A stretch of 32,436 nt of DNA, taken from contig JAVEWL010000001.1 in the NCBI GenBank assembly GCA_034004565.1, positions 1 to 32,436 on the forward strand, written 5' to 3'. Below, piece by piece: positions 25,062 to 32,436 of this stretch. Source of the stretch: FCB group bacterium. Lineage in GTDB: Bacteria; Hydrogenedentota; Hydrogenedentia; Hydrogenedentales; SLHB01. Below the pieces are notes generated by a model that was not told where the DNA came from, did not search any database, and saw nothing but the letters and a program-made list of their open reading frames with translations. The first letter of the stretch is position 1. Every line of letters starts with the position of its first letter. Position numbers and translations under genes: made by a program.

Positions 25062-25961
25062 ATGTTCCGCGGTTCAATTGTCGCGCTCGTCACGCCGTTT
25101 AAGAGCAATTCGGACGTCGATTTCGACGCCTACGGGCGGCTGATCGACTGGCAAATCGAACAGGGCATCGACGGCATCGTCCCCTGCGGATGCACGGGCG
25201 AAGCGGCCACCCTCTCGCACGACGAGCAGGAGCAGGTCATCCGCTTTGCGACCGAACGCATTGCGGGCCGGGTGAAGGTCATCGCCGGTACCGGGTCCAA
25301 CAGCACCCGCGAAGCCCTGCGCCTGACCCAGTACGCCAAAGAGGTCGGTGCGGACGGCGCCCTCCTCATCACGCCGTACTACAACAAGCCAACCCCGGCC
25401 GGGCAGATCGCCCATTACAAGACCATCGCGGAAGCCGTGGACATCCCCATCGTGCTCTACAACGTCCCGAGCCGCACCGGCACCAACGTGCTCCCCGAGA
25501 CCGTCGCCGAGTTGAACAAGGTCCCCAACATCGTCGCCGTGAAGGAAGCCGCCGGCAGCGTCGATCAAGTCTCCCAGATCCGCGGCTGCTGCGACATCAC
25601 CGTACTCTCCGGCGACGACAGCCTCACGCTGCCCATGATGTCCGTGGGCGCCACGGGCGTTATCTCCGTTGCGGCCAACGTCGTTCCCGCGCAGTCGGCC
25701 CAGCTCTGCCGCGAATTCGACAACGGCAACCTTGCCGCCGCGCAGAAGCTCCACTTCGAACTGCTGCCGCTCTTCAAAGCCCTCTTCATCGAGACGAACC
25801 CGATGCCGGTCAAGGCCGCGCTCGCGTACATGGGCCTCATCGAAAACAACCTGCGTCTCCCCTTGACGCCGATGCAGGAAGCCAAGTTCCCGCCGCTCGA
25901 AAAAGCGCTCAAGGATCTCGGCATCGCAAAGGGCGCCCTCAGCGCGGCCCTCTCGAAGTAA
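25062..25961 (+). CDS. dapA: 4-hydroxy-tetrahydrodipicolinate synthase
   Basis: MFRGSIVALVTPF, GIVPCGCTGEAATLS, VIAGTGSNST, YNKP and YNVPSRTG are classic DapA motifs. Confidence 0.95.
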   Translation: MFRGSIVALVTPFKSNSDVDFDAYGRLIDWQIEQGIDGIVPCGCTGEAATLSHDEQEQVIRFATERIAGRVKVIAGTGSNSTREALRLTQYAKEVGADGALLITPYYNKPTPAGQIAHYKTIAEAVDIPIVLYNVPSRTGTNVLPETVAELNKVPNIVAVKEAAGSVDQVSQIRGCCDITVLSGDDSLTLPMMSVGATGVISVAANVVPAQSAQLCREFDNGNLAAAQKLHFELLPLFKALFIETNPMPVKAALAYMGLIENNLRLPLTPMQEAKFPPLEKALKDLGIAKGALSAALSK

Positions 25962-25990
25962 CCACTAGTAACTAACAACTAGTCACTAAG
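25958..25990. repeat. AT-rich 7-nt-period block (TAACCAC TAGTAAC TAACAAC TAGTCAC TAAG) with stops in all six frames, between dapA and dapB
   Basis: The first TAA is the dapA stop codon. Related to 5601-5627 (shared ACTAGTAACTAAYAACT). Confidence 0.8.
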
Positions 25991-25999
25991 GGATTCACG

Positions 26000-26797
26000 A
26001 TGAAGATCTGCATGGCGGGAGCGGCGGGACGCATGGGCCGCCGCATTCTGGAACTCTCGACCGCGACCGACGACATTGGGATCGGCGGCGCGCTCGAAGC
26101 GCCCGCGTGCGCGGGCATCACGTTTACAGTCGGCGGGGAATCGGGCAAAGCCATTGCCGTCACCACATCCGCCGACGCCGGCGCCGAGTTGGCGAAGGCC
26201 GACGTACTCATCGATTTCACCGGTCCGGAGGCCTGCCTTGCCAACGTGCAGGCCGCCGTCGCCGCAGGCAAACCGGTCGTCATCGGCACCACGGGCCTGA
26301 ACGCCGAGCAAAAGGCCGTGCTGGCCGAATGCGCGAAGAAGGTGGCCATCGTCCACGCGCCGAACATGAGCGTGGGCGTCAACCTGCTCTTCAAGCTCAC
26401 GCGCCAGGTCGCGGAAATCCTCGGCCTCGATTACAACGTCGAGATCACCGAGATCCATCACAACCAGAAGAAGGACAGCCCCAGCGGCACGGCCGTACGC
26501 CTGGGCGAATGCGCCGCGGCGGGCCTTGGCCTCGATTACCAAGCCGACACCGTTCACGGACGCGAAGGCATCGTGGGCAAGCGGCCCGTGCGCGAGATCG
26601 GCATGCACGCCATTCGCGGCGGCGACGTCGTCGGCGAACACACGGTCAGCTTCTTCGGCCAGGGCGAGCGCATCGAACTCACGCACAAGGCGCACAACCG
26701 CGACAATTTCGCCAAGGGTTCGCTCGTGGCGGCGCGGTTCGCGGCGACCGCCAAACCCGGGCTGTACGACATGCAGGACGTTCTTGGGCTCAAATAA
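26000..26797 (+). CDS. dapB: 4-hydroxy-tetrahydrodipicolinate reductase
   Basis: MKICMAGAAGRMGR dinucleotide-binding N-terminus, VIGTTG, APNMSVGVN and EIHHNQKKDSPSGTA motifs. Confidence 0.95.
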   Translation: MKICMAGAAGRMGRRILELSTATDDIGIGGALEAPACAGITFTVGGESGKAIAVTTSADAGAELAKADVLIDFTGPEACLANVQAAVAAGKPVVIGTTGLNAEQKAVLAECAKKVAIVHAPNMSVGVNLLFKLTRQVAEILGLDYNVEITEIHHNQKKDSPSGTAVRLGECAAAGLGLDYQADTVHGREGIVGKRPVREIGMHAIRGGDVVGEHTVSFFGQGERIELTHKAHNRDNFAKGSLVAARFAATAKPGLYDMQDVLGLK

Positions 26798-26803
26798 ACT
26801 GCT

Positions 26804-26846
26804 GCGGGGATCGGTCGTCGTCGACGGGTCTCCGCTTTTGTTTTTC
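26804..26846 (+). terminator. Rho-independent terminator after dapB
   Basis: GCGGGGA..TCTCCGC stem with one mismatch, followed by TTTTGTTTTT. Confidence 0.6.
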
Positions 26847-26906
26847 GCGCTCCTGCCCAGCTTGCATCCGCGTCTTTTTGCTGCATACGATCCGAATGCG
26901 GTCTAC

Positions 26907-26996
26907 GCCGGTTTGCGAATGAATCCGCATGCTGTTTCGCGGATTCAGGCGCAAAACGGCTCATCCCGAAGACGCGGATGGAAACGCAAAGCGGTC
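26907..26996 (+). repeat. About 90-nt repeat, copy 1 (GCCGGTTTGCGAATGAATCCGC...GACGCGGATGGAAACGCAAAGCGGTC)
   Basis: Roughly 85 % identical, in direct orientation, to 27798-27886. Contains the hairpin GAATCCGC..GCGGATTC. Confidence 0.85.
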
Positions 26997-27134
26997 TAGA
27001 AACTTGTCAACCATCCCATGACGCGTGGCCCTTTTCTCGGACGGCACCCTCAAGCCGCGTGGCGCAGTCGCGTGGCTTGAAGGCGCCATCCGGCAGCCAC
27101 GCACCCATCAATCGACGGCTTGCGGAGCACTGGA

Positions 27135-27164
27135 TTGGGCCTTTTCGCGTTCTCGGGTTATAAT
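27135..27164 (+). promoter_or_regulatory. Candidate sigma-70 promoter TTGGGC-N18-TATAAT upstream of the lipoprotein gene
   Basis: Perfect -10 hexamer but a weak -35. The leader to ATG 27308 would be about 135 nt. Confidence 0.35.
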
Positions 27165-27307
27165 TAGCACGAGGGCCGGCGCGTCTTCTTGCGTCTGCAC
27201 ACTCCAGCTGAATCCACCCCCCTTTCAATCCCTGTGGTAATGCCACGCCCTTTAGGGGTCACCCCACCAGAATCGGCATGTTGCGCCGATCCCAAGGAGA
27301 GACTGCT

Positions 27308-27718
27308 ATGAAGAACTTCCTGAGTATTGCGTGCGTATTGGCGCTGATAACCGCATCGGCCCTGCTGAGCGCCGGATGCAAGATGCAGCGCGAAGCCGAC
27401 GAGACGAGCGACTCAACAACGGGTTCCACGTCGGATACGGGCCTGGGCAGCACCACGCCGCCCAGCACGACCACCACCACGGGTTCGGGCATGTCGCAAA
27501 GCGACGCGGGCTCCAGCGCGGGCGTTTCCGGCAACACCGATACCGGTCCGGGCGCTGCGCCGGGTGCCAGCGGCAGTTCCACCGATCGTGCAACCGGCGG
27601 AGCAACCGGCGGCGCAATGGACTCCACCGGAGGACCGGCCGGTTCCACCAGCAGCGCTACCGGGAACACGAGTGCCGGCAGTGGCGCAGCCGGCGGTAGC
27701 GCAGGCGGTGGCATGTAG
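27308..27718 (+). CDS. Low-complexity Ser/Thr/Gly-rich lipoprotein (136 aa), probably intrinsically disordered
   Basis: MKNFLSIACVLALITASALLSAGC signal/lipobox, then TSDSTTGSTSDTGLGSTTPPSTTTTTGSG.. with no recognisable fold. AAGGAGAG SD. The track start at 27278 was replaced by ATG 27308. Confidence 0.65.
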   Translation: MKNFLSIACVLALITASALLSAGCKMQREADETSDSTTGSTSDTGLGSTTPPSTTTTTGSGMSQSDAGSSAGVSGNTDTGPGAAPGASGSSTDRATGGATGGAMDSTGGPAGSTSSATGNTSAGSGAAGGSAGGGM

Positions 27719-27797
27719 CCGTTAGGGGTTCGAACTGTTCGCGATGCCCCAAGTTTCGGTGAAGCGGGACTTGGGGCGCCCTTCTTCTCAGCCCTAA

Positions 27798-27886
27798 GCC
27801 GGTTGCGAATGAATCCGCGCGCGTTTTCGCGAATTCAGGCACAAGACGGCCCATCTCTCAGACGCGGATGGAAACGCAAAGTGGTC
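27798..27886 (+). repeat. About 90-nt repeat, copy 2
   Basis: See 26907-26996. Confidence 0.85.
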
Positions 27887-27992
27887 CAGGGGCCAAAATA
27901 AACCGCGACCCAAATCGCGGAATTCTGTTTACGAGTCGGTCCGGTAATCTCAGAACTCGCCCCTTACGGTTGCTCGATCAAGCGCTACATCG

Positions 27993-28364
27993 CTAGACCG
28001 AGTCTTGATCGGTGGTTGCCGGACGCGGATCGCGCCCTATGGCGCGGACATGCTCCTCGACCACTTCGGACGGGGAATCCTTGATGAGCTTGTGAAAGGC
28101 GAGAAAAATGAATGTAACATCGTCCGCCACACCGATTCCAAACAGGGGCAGTAACAGGTCCGGCACCACGTCAAACGGCATCAGCAGGTAACCCACGGCC
28201 AGCCCACAGTAGATCTTCAGGCGCCTCGGTACGCGTGGGTCGCGCAGGAGCCGTGCCGACAGGCGCAACAGGTTCGGCAGATGGTAAAAGAAATTGAAGA
28301 CCGTTTTTGGGCTCAGACCCTTCTGGCTGTGCATGAAACGCACGAACTTGATGATTCGAGACAT
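27993..28364 (-). CDS. DUF1232 (YkvA-like) membrane protein
   Basis: RLLRDPRVPRRLKIYCGLAVGYLLMPFDVVPDLLLPLFGIGVADDV matches the DUF1232 pattern (P-x-K...Y-x3-P-x-D-x-IPD...G-x-DD). Confidence 0.7.
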   Translation of the reverse strand: MSRIIKFVRFMHSQKGLSPKTVFNFFYHLPNLLRLSARLLRDPRVPRRLKIYCGLAVGYLLMPFDVVPDLLLPLFGIGVADDVTFIFLAFHKLIKDSPSEVVEEHVRAIGRDPRPATTDQDSV

Positions 28365-28483
28365 TAAGTGGGTATCCTATTGAAAATCGCGCCGTGGGCG
28401 CGCGAAACGGCCGAGTTCTGAGGTCACGCCGTAATGGTACCCGATTTTGCGCCGTGTCGGGGAAGAGGGAACGAGGCACTCTG

Positions 28484-28576
28484 ATGTGACCCTGAATTCC
28501 CATTCGGGGTCTTTGAAGTGCAAGCGTCACGCTGCGAAGAAAAGCGAAGACCCCGAATGGGAATTCGGGGTTACAT
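28484..28576. repeat. Second copy (93 nt) of the 26-nt-TIR MITE-like element, inverted relative to 14134-14230
   Basis: Arms 28484-28509 (2 mismatches) and 28551-28576. The spacer is the reverse complement of the relative at 14160-14204 (shared core GCTYTTTCTTCCGCAGCG). Confidence 0.9.
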
Positions 28577-28656
28577 GAGAGCCACCTCTTCCGAGCCTTG
28601 GCCTTGCTGGGCATCGTGGGCCGGCGGAAAGGTTCGGTCGCCCCTGGATTGAAGGG

Positions 28657-29412
28657 TTATATGGAAACGAAGATCGCTACGGGATCGAGAATTTGCGGGT
28701 CCTGGTTCCCGGTAGGTTCGTTCATGAAGGCTTGAAAACAATCTTGCGCATGCTTCTCGATGGCGGGCAGGTCCGTGGGAGACACATTTAGCGCGGTACA
28801 CTGCCAGAGGTCGGTGGGAATGAAGGCATCGCCAACGCGTTCGGCGGAAAGTTCAAGCGCAAACACGCGTCCGCCCGCGACAAAGTACACGTTGCCGGTC
28901 AGGGCTTCCGCGCCCACGCCTGCATTGTCGGCCACGCGCGCGCGCACGCCGCCGAAGGCAACGGCCCTGGCATCGGTCCAGGTACCGCCTTTGGCCTCGA
29001 TGTCGGCGCGAATGCGGGCGAGAATGGCTTGGCGAAGCGGAGCTTCCGCGGGAGAAGTCCAGGGCGAGCTTGCATCGGGGCGGCTTTCCGCGGACACCTT
29101 GGCGCCCCCCAAAAGGGACGACGGCTCCGAACTCGAAAGCAATTGGAGGTTGATCTGTCCGTCGCGCACCCATTGAAAGGCCGTCGAGGCCATATGGGCG
29201 ATGGCGCGGTTGTCGTTGGAGCCGTGCAACCAGGCCCACATGCCCACCGCGGCGATCAGCCCGAGGAAGGCCATCGTTCCGTAACGCTTATGGAACGGCT
29301 TTGCCCGGCGCGGTTGACGCACGCGGCCGACGTCGGCCCAAAGACTCGGTTCAAATTCCAGTGGCTTGCCCCAACGGCTCGATCGGCCCGCTCCGAACAG
29401 TTCCGTCTTCAT
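28657..29412 (-). CDS. Hypothetical single-pass membrane protein (251 aa)
   Basis: TM segment MAFLGLIAAVGMWAWL after a basic 45-aa N-terminus, followed by an extracytoplasmic domain of about 190 aa. GAAGGG SD. I recognise no family. Confidence 0.6.
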   Translation of the reverse strand: MKTELFGAGRSSRWGKPLEFEPSLWADVGRVRQPRRAKPFHKRYGTMAFLGLIAAVGMWAWLHGSNDNRAIAHMASTAFQWVRDGQINLQLLSSSEPSSLLGGAKVSAESRPDASSPWTSPAEAPLRQAILARIRADIEAKGGTWTDARAVAFGGVRARVADNAGVGAEALTGNVYFVAGGRVFALELSAERVGDAFIPTDLWQCTALNVSPTDLPAIEKHAQDCFQAFMNEPTGNQDPQILDPVAIFVSI

Positions 29413-29610
29413 CGCGAATCCCTTCGCCCTCTACGCAAGTGCGTGGCCCCTGCCCCCGGTTCACAAGTCCATGCCGGCTCACCCCGCCGCACGCACAGAC
29501 ACCACGCTTGCGTTTTTGAATTTGCTACGATGGATCTAACTCTGGTCGTATCCTCAGCGCGTTTTGATTCGCAACTCCGAGACCGGAATGCTGAAATGTG
29601 CCGCATCGCC

Positions 29611-29646
29611 AAGAATAAGTGTGGGTCGCCCCTGCGAGCGACCCAC
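29611..29646 (-). terminator. Hairpin terminator ending the small-gene cluster
   Basis: On the minus strand: GTGGGTCGC, an 8-nt loop, GCGACCCAC, then ACTTATTCTT. It lies 68 nt after the stop at 29714. Confidence 0.5.
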
Positions 29647-29713
29647 ATTTCCTACACAATGCCGTACCCGCTCGCAAGGAGCATCATCGTCACGGTAGGC
29701 AACATAAACGAAA

Positions 29714-29914
29714 TTAGTCGAGGAAACCGTCTACGGTATCCGCCAAACCGTTGAGAACGGGGGCGATCTTCGCATTCAGCTTGCCGACAAGGCTGCCGTA
29801 TTCCTCGAACACAAAACCGCCGGGGATCAGTCGGTTGACGAGGTCGCCGGCTTCCATACCGAAAATGCCATACGCCGAAACCGCCGGTTTCGTGACGCCA
29901 GAGATATGCTTCAT
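29714..29914 (-). CDS. Small MKH-family protein 3 (66 aa), unknown function
   Basis: MKHISGVTKPAVSAYGIFG... shares its N-terminal signature with the two genes upstream. GGAGG SD 11 nt upstream. Confidence 0.6.
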   Translation of the reverse strand: MKHISGVTKPAVSAYGIFGMEAGDLVNRLIPGGFVFEEYGSLVGKLNAKIAPVLNGLADTVDGFLD

Positions 29915-30000
29915 CTTGGTCTACGCCTCCAATTAAACTCGCGCTGGAATGACTACCTTGCGCTTAGCCGCTTACAAGTAAGTGCTAATCCAGGTGTGGA

Positions 30001-30195
30001 TTAGTCGCCAGGAAGAATGTTCTTGATCTCTTCCTTGTTGAATCCGTCCAGACCCGGCGTGTTCAGCTGGAAGGTGTCTACAAGCACGCCGACGGCGGCG
30101 CGGAAAGCACCGAGAGGAGCGAAAGTGCCCCAAATCGGCAATTCGACGGCACTTGCCGGCGTTTCGGTGGCAGAAATCGACTTGATGTGCTTCAT
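30001..30195 (-). CDS. Small MKH-family protein 2 (64 aa), unknown function
   Basis: MKHIKSISATETPASAVELPIWG... I chose ATG 30195, which has an AAGGA SD 8 nt upstream and fits the conserved MKH start. The track's 117-aa version (to 30354) adds an unlikely extension. Starts at 30198 or 30204 are also possible. Confidence 0.6.
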   Translation of the reverse strand: MKHIKSISATETPASAVELPIWGTFAPLGAFRAAVGVLVDTFQLNTPGLDGFNKEEIKNILPGD

Positions 30196-30373
30196 CATTT
30201 TCATCCTTACGTGGTCTACCGGATCTCGTGATCCGCTCATCCGGCAGTTCCCAGTCAGCGCTCCACATGTTTGTTTAGGGGACACAGCGAAAGAGCTTGT
30301 GATAGGGTAGCGAGCTAACGGCACCACATGCCAGACTCTTTCGCTGCGAAGCACAACTTCCTCTGGGAACGTT

Positions 30374-30526
30374 TTACTTCTGAAGTAGATCGTTGAGTTC
30401 GTCTGCGAGCCAATTCTGGCGCTCGGGGGTCAATCCCAAGCCACGGAAAATGTTCTTGAACTCGAGGAAAGACGTGTATTCTGCGCAAGCCGGCTTCGTG
30501 TTGGACAGCACCTTAACATGCTTCAT
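30374..30526 (-). CDS. Small MKH-family protein 1 (50 aa), unknown function
   Basis: Below the ORF-track size cut-off; found by hand. Sequence is MKHVKVLSNTKPACAEYTSFLEFKNIFRGLGLTPERQNWLADELNDLLQK. Strong AAGGAGAAGGGAGG SD. Confidence 0.55.
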   Translation of the reverse strand: MKHVKVLSNTKPACAEYTSFLEFKNIFRGLGLTPERQNWLADELNDLLQK

Positions 30527-30739
30527 ATGCGTTTCACCTCCCTTCTCCTTCCACTAGAAAATGCCTGTGGCATCTCCCGCGTTTGTCTTCAACCCCAAGG
30601 CCTTCTGGGTCCCTGGGTCGGAAAACCTGCCATATTGTGAACTATTTCCCTAACGGACGCAAGCATTATTTCGGCGTGTTATGAAGCACGCCACGGAGAC
30701 GCGAAACTGCCCCCCCTGTAAAGAAAGGCGCCGCGCTCG

Positions 30740-32308
30740 TTACCCGCCCGCTTGCCCGAGGTAATCGAAGAGATTCAAATCTCCGCCCTGCAGAATCACG
30801 TCGGCCACCGCCGTCCAGATGGCGTCCGCCGATGAAAAGAAACTGTTCAATTCGGTCACGTATCGGTTGAGCTCGTCTATTTGGATCAGCAATTCCAGGG
30901 TTTGATCCTGGAATCGTGCTATGGCTTCTTCGGAACCCAAGGCAGCGTAAACGCCCTCGAGGCCGAGTAAGGATTGTTGCTGCGCATAGAGCCCTGCGGA
31001 TTCCACAAGAGAAAGTGACGCCCCGCTCGCTACCTGTTCGCCGAGTTGTTCGACAGCCTCATACACTTGCCGCGCCTCGGCGAGAGAATTCTGTTCCGCA
31101 TATGACCTGCCGTATTCTAACAGGTCGTTGGTTAACGTGTAAAGAAAATTGTATTCATTGTTTCCGGCAGTAAGGGCCGCCAACAGCCGGGCCGTCTCCG
31201 CCGGCATGCCCGCCGCGGTAAGCGCTTCCTGGCGTGCGTTGGCGCTCTCCAGGGCGAAAACGTTGGCGGTCGTAAGCTGCTGCGCTTGGCGAAGGGCCTC
31301 CAGCGCGGCCGCCGGATCGCTGCTCCGGAATAGAACATCCGCCTCCAGGAAATAGGGCAGCGCATTGTTCGGGTCGAGGCTCTTCCAGTATTGGATCTCC
31401 TCCAACGTCATGAGCGTGGTGGGATCCTGAGCCGCAGGCTTGGGCGCCAAGGGATTGATAACCGGGGTGGCCTCGTCTTCGGTTCCGGTCTGGGCCTCCC
31501 GGTTCAGCTGCGTGGCCGCCTTGAAACGTAGATAGGCGTTATCCGGGTACCGACCCACTGCCGTCAAGAGCGCCGTAGCCGCTTCCTTGCCTTCGAGCGA
31601 CTCCGCCACACCGGCCATCGCCGTGGCCGAAAGGTCCGTGCGCGCGATTAGTTTGCGGGCGTCTTCGGGTGTGAGGCTTGCCCAACGAACAAGTTGCGCG
31701 CGCGCATTCTCGTCGGTCCCCGCCTTCTGCCGTGTGCGGGCCACCTCGTCAAAGGTGATCGTCCGCAGGTCGGGCGGTTTCGTGGTCTTCATGGCATGGT
31801 GAGGAGAGGCCTTGGAACTGCCTACCGGTGTGAGATTCACGAGTAGTTCGCGACTGGTCTCAAGGGTCTTCAACGATTCCGGGCTGGCTTTTACGGGCCT
31901 GCTCGGGACCGTGGCCACCGGACGCCCCGGCGCGGGTGTATTGTCGGGAACCATTTCTCTATACAGGCCGCGTACTGCGAAGACGGCGAACACCGCCGCG
32001 GCAACGGCCGCCCCCACGCGCCAGGGAAAGGTCGGACGCGGTCGAATGGGGACTACGTTGGGGCGGTCGGCTTCCTGCACGGAACGGAGCACGGCGTCGA
32101 CCAGATCGATGGAAGGAGCGGAAGCCGTCAGCGTATCGCCCATCGCTTTGAGGTCGGCATCGATGCCCAGGAGCCACGCGTGATGTTCCCGGCAGGCGGT
32201 GCAGGTCTCCAGGTGGGCGCGGAGCTGCGACGCCTCACTCGGCTCCAATTCGCCCTCAATGAGGTCGAGGAGCCGTTCCTGGAGATTCTCACACGCGCTT
32301 ACGTTCAC
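30740..32308 (-). CDS. Anti-sigma factor (zf-HC2 N-terminal domain, one TM, about 400-aa helical/TPR-like extracytoplasmic domain)
   Basis: HLETCTAC zinc-binding motif in the first 45 aa and TM segment WRVGAAVAAAVFAVFAV. The GTG start overlaps the sigma gene's stop (GTGA). Confidence 0.8.
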   Translation of the reverse strand: MNVSACENLQERLLDLIEGELEPSEASQLRAHLETCTACREHHAWLLGIDADLKAMGDTLTASAPSIDLVDAVLRSVQEADRPNVVPIRPRPTFPWRVGAAVAAAVFAVFAVRGLYREMVPDNTPAPGRPVATVPSRPVKASPESLKTLETSRELLVNLTPVGSSKASPHHAMKTTKPPDLRTITFDEVARTRQKAGTDENARAQLVRWASLTPEDARKLIARTDLSATAMAGVAESLEGKEAATALLTAVGRYPDNAYLRFKAATQLNREAQTGTEDEATPVINPLAPKPAAQDPTTLMTLEEIQYWKSLDPNNALPYFLEADVLFRSSDPAAALEALRQAQQLTTANVFALESANARQEALTAAGMPAETARLLAALTAGNNEYNFLYTLTNDLLEYGRSYAEQNSLAEARQVYEAVEQLGEQVASGASLSLVESAGLYAQQQSLLGLEGVYAALGSEEAIARFQDQTLELLIQIDELNRYVTELNSFFSSADAIWTAVADVILQGGDLNLFDYLGQAGG

Positions 32309-32436
32309 ACATCGTCCCTATCGTCGGCGTACTTCTTCTGCAGCCCTTTCAACAATCGATGCAGCCGCGTTCGCACGGCCCCCTCTGTCGAGCCCACAAT
32401 GTCCGCGATGTCCCGGGCGGACATGCGCTGAAAAAA
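32305..32436 (-). CDS. ECF sigma factor, C-terminal fragment (region 4); the 5' part lies outside the window
   Basis: Hand translation gives FFQRMSARDIADIVGSTEGAVRTRLHRLLKGLQKKYADDRDDV*, a typical sigma-70 region 4.2 HTH. It is not in the track because it is truncated. Confidence 0.8.
   Translation of the reverse strand, partial: FFQRMSARDIADIVGSTEGAVRTRLHRLLKGLQKKYADDRDDV

Noticed and set aside
27727-27735. GGTTCGAAC, a tRNA T-loop-like motif
   Set aside because: The flanking sequence contains no acceptor, D or anticodon stems. I found no tRNA cloverleaf anywhere in the window.
30654-30682. ECF-type promoter (ATAAC-N18-CGTC on the minus strand) upstream of MKH gene 1. A similar GAAC-N15-CGC lies at 2995-3016 upstream of the fused ECF gene.
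   Set aside because: The spacings (18 and 15 nt) fall outside the usual 16-17 nt, and the -35 elements are partial. This is not convincing without transcription start data.
30681-30764. 27-aa plus-strand ORF MKHATETRNCPPCKERRRARYPPACPR
   Set aside because: It has no Shine-Dalgarno sequence and overlaps the 3' end of the anti-sigma gene on the opposite strand. It is better explained as an inverted fragment of the MKH gene 5' end (see findings).

Overview
This is a visibly GC-rich bacterial chromosomal segment carrying about 30 protein genes. I saw no rRNA, tRNA, CRISPR array, transposase or integrase. All calls come from reading the sequence and the ORF track; no database search was run.

Gene content, left to right:
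- A membrane-tethered ECF sigma factor fused to carboxypeptidase-regulatory-like repeats. It is on the minus strand, runs off the left edge and is absent from the ORF track.
- A minus-strand Opp/Dpp-type ABC importer (family-5 binding protein, two permeases, two ATPases) with an extra small membrane-protein gene between the permease genes.
- A small membrane protein, a GT2 glycosyltransferase and a GNAT acetyltransferase, which read as one operon.
- A histone-deacetylase-family amidohydrolase whose stop overlaps the start of an NCS2 (AzgA-type) purine permease.
- A glycan-related cluster: an 887-aa GH99-like/WbsX-like protein, a lipoprotein alpha/beta-hydrolase esterase, and a DUF4838-like lipoprotein with a PA14 domain.
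- Housekeeping genes: an RluA-family pseudouridine synthase, OsmC, an isopropylmalate/tartrate-dehydrogenase-family enzyme, cysE, dapA and dapB.
- A disordered Ser/Thr/Gly-rich lipoprotein, a DUF1232 protein and a single-TM hypothetical protein.
- At the right edge, an ECF sigma / zf-HC2 anti-sigma pair followed by three small paralogous MKH proteins that I cannot assign to a family.

Two things stand out.
- **MKH cluster:** the sigma / anti-sigma / triple small-protein cluster, which also has an inverted fragment of the small-gene 5' end in its leader.
- **Modular intergenic repeats:** these are unusually dense. They include a 121-122-nt TIR element in three copies, 9-nt-period arrays arranged as long palindromes, a 93-97-nt element with 26-nt TIRs that supplies a gene's stop codon, 7-nt-period AT-rich blocks with stops in all six frames inside two operons, and about 90-nt direct repeats flanking a lipoprotein gene.

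Many long ORFs in the track are antisense shadows typical of GC-rich DNA and were rejected.
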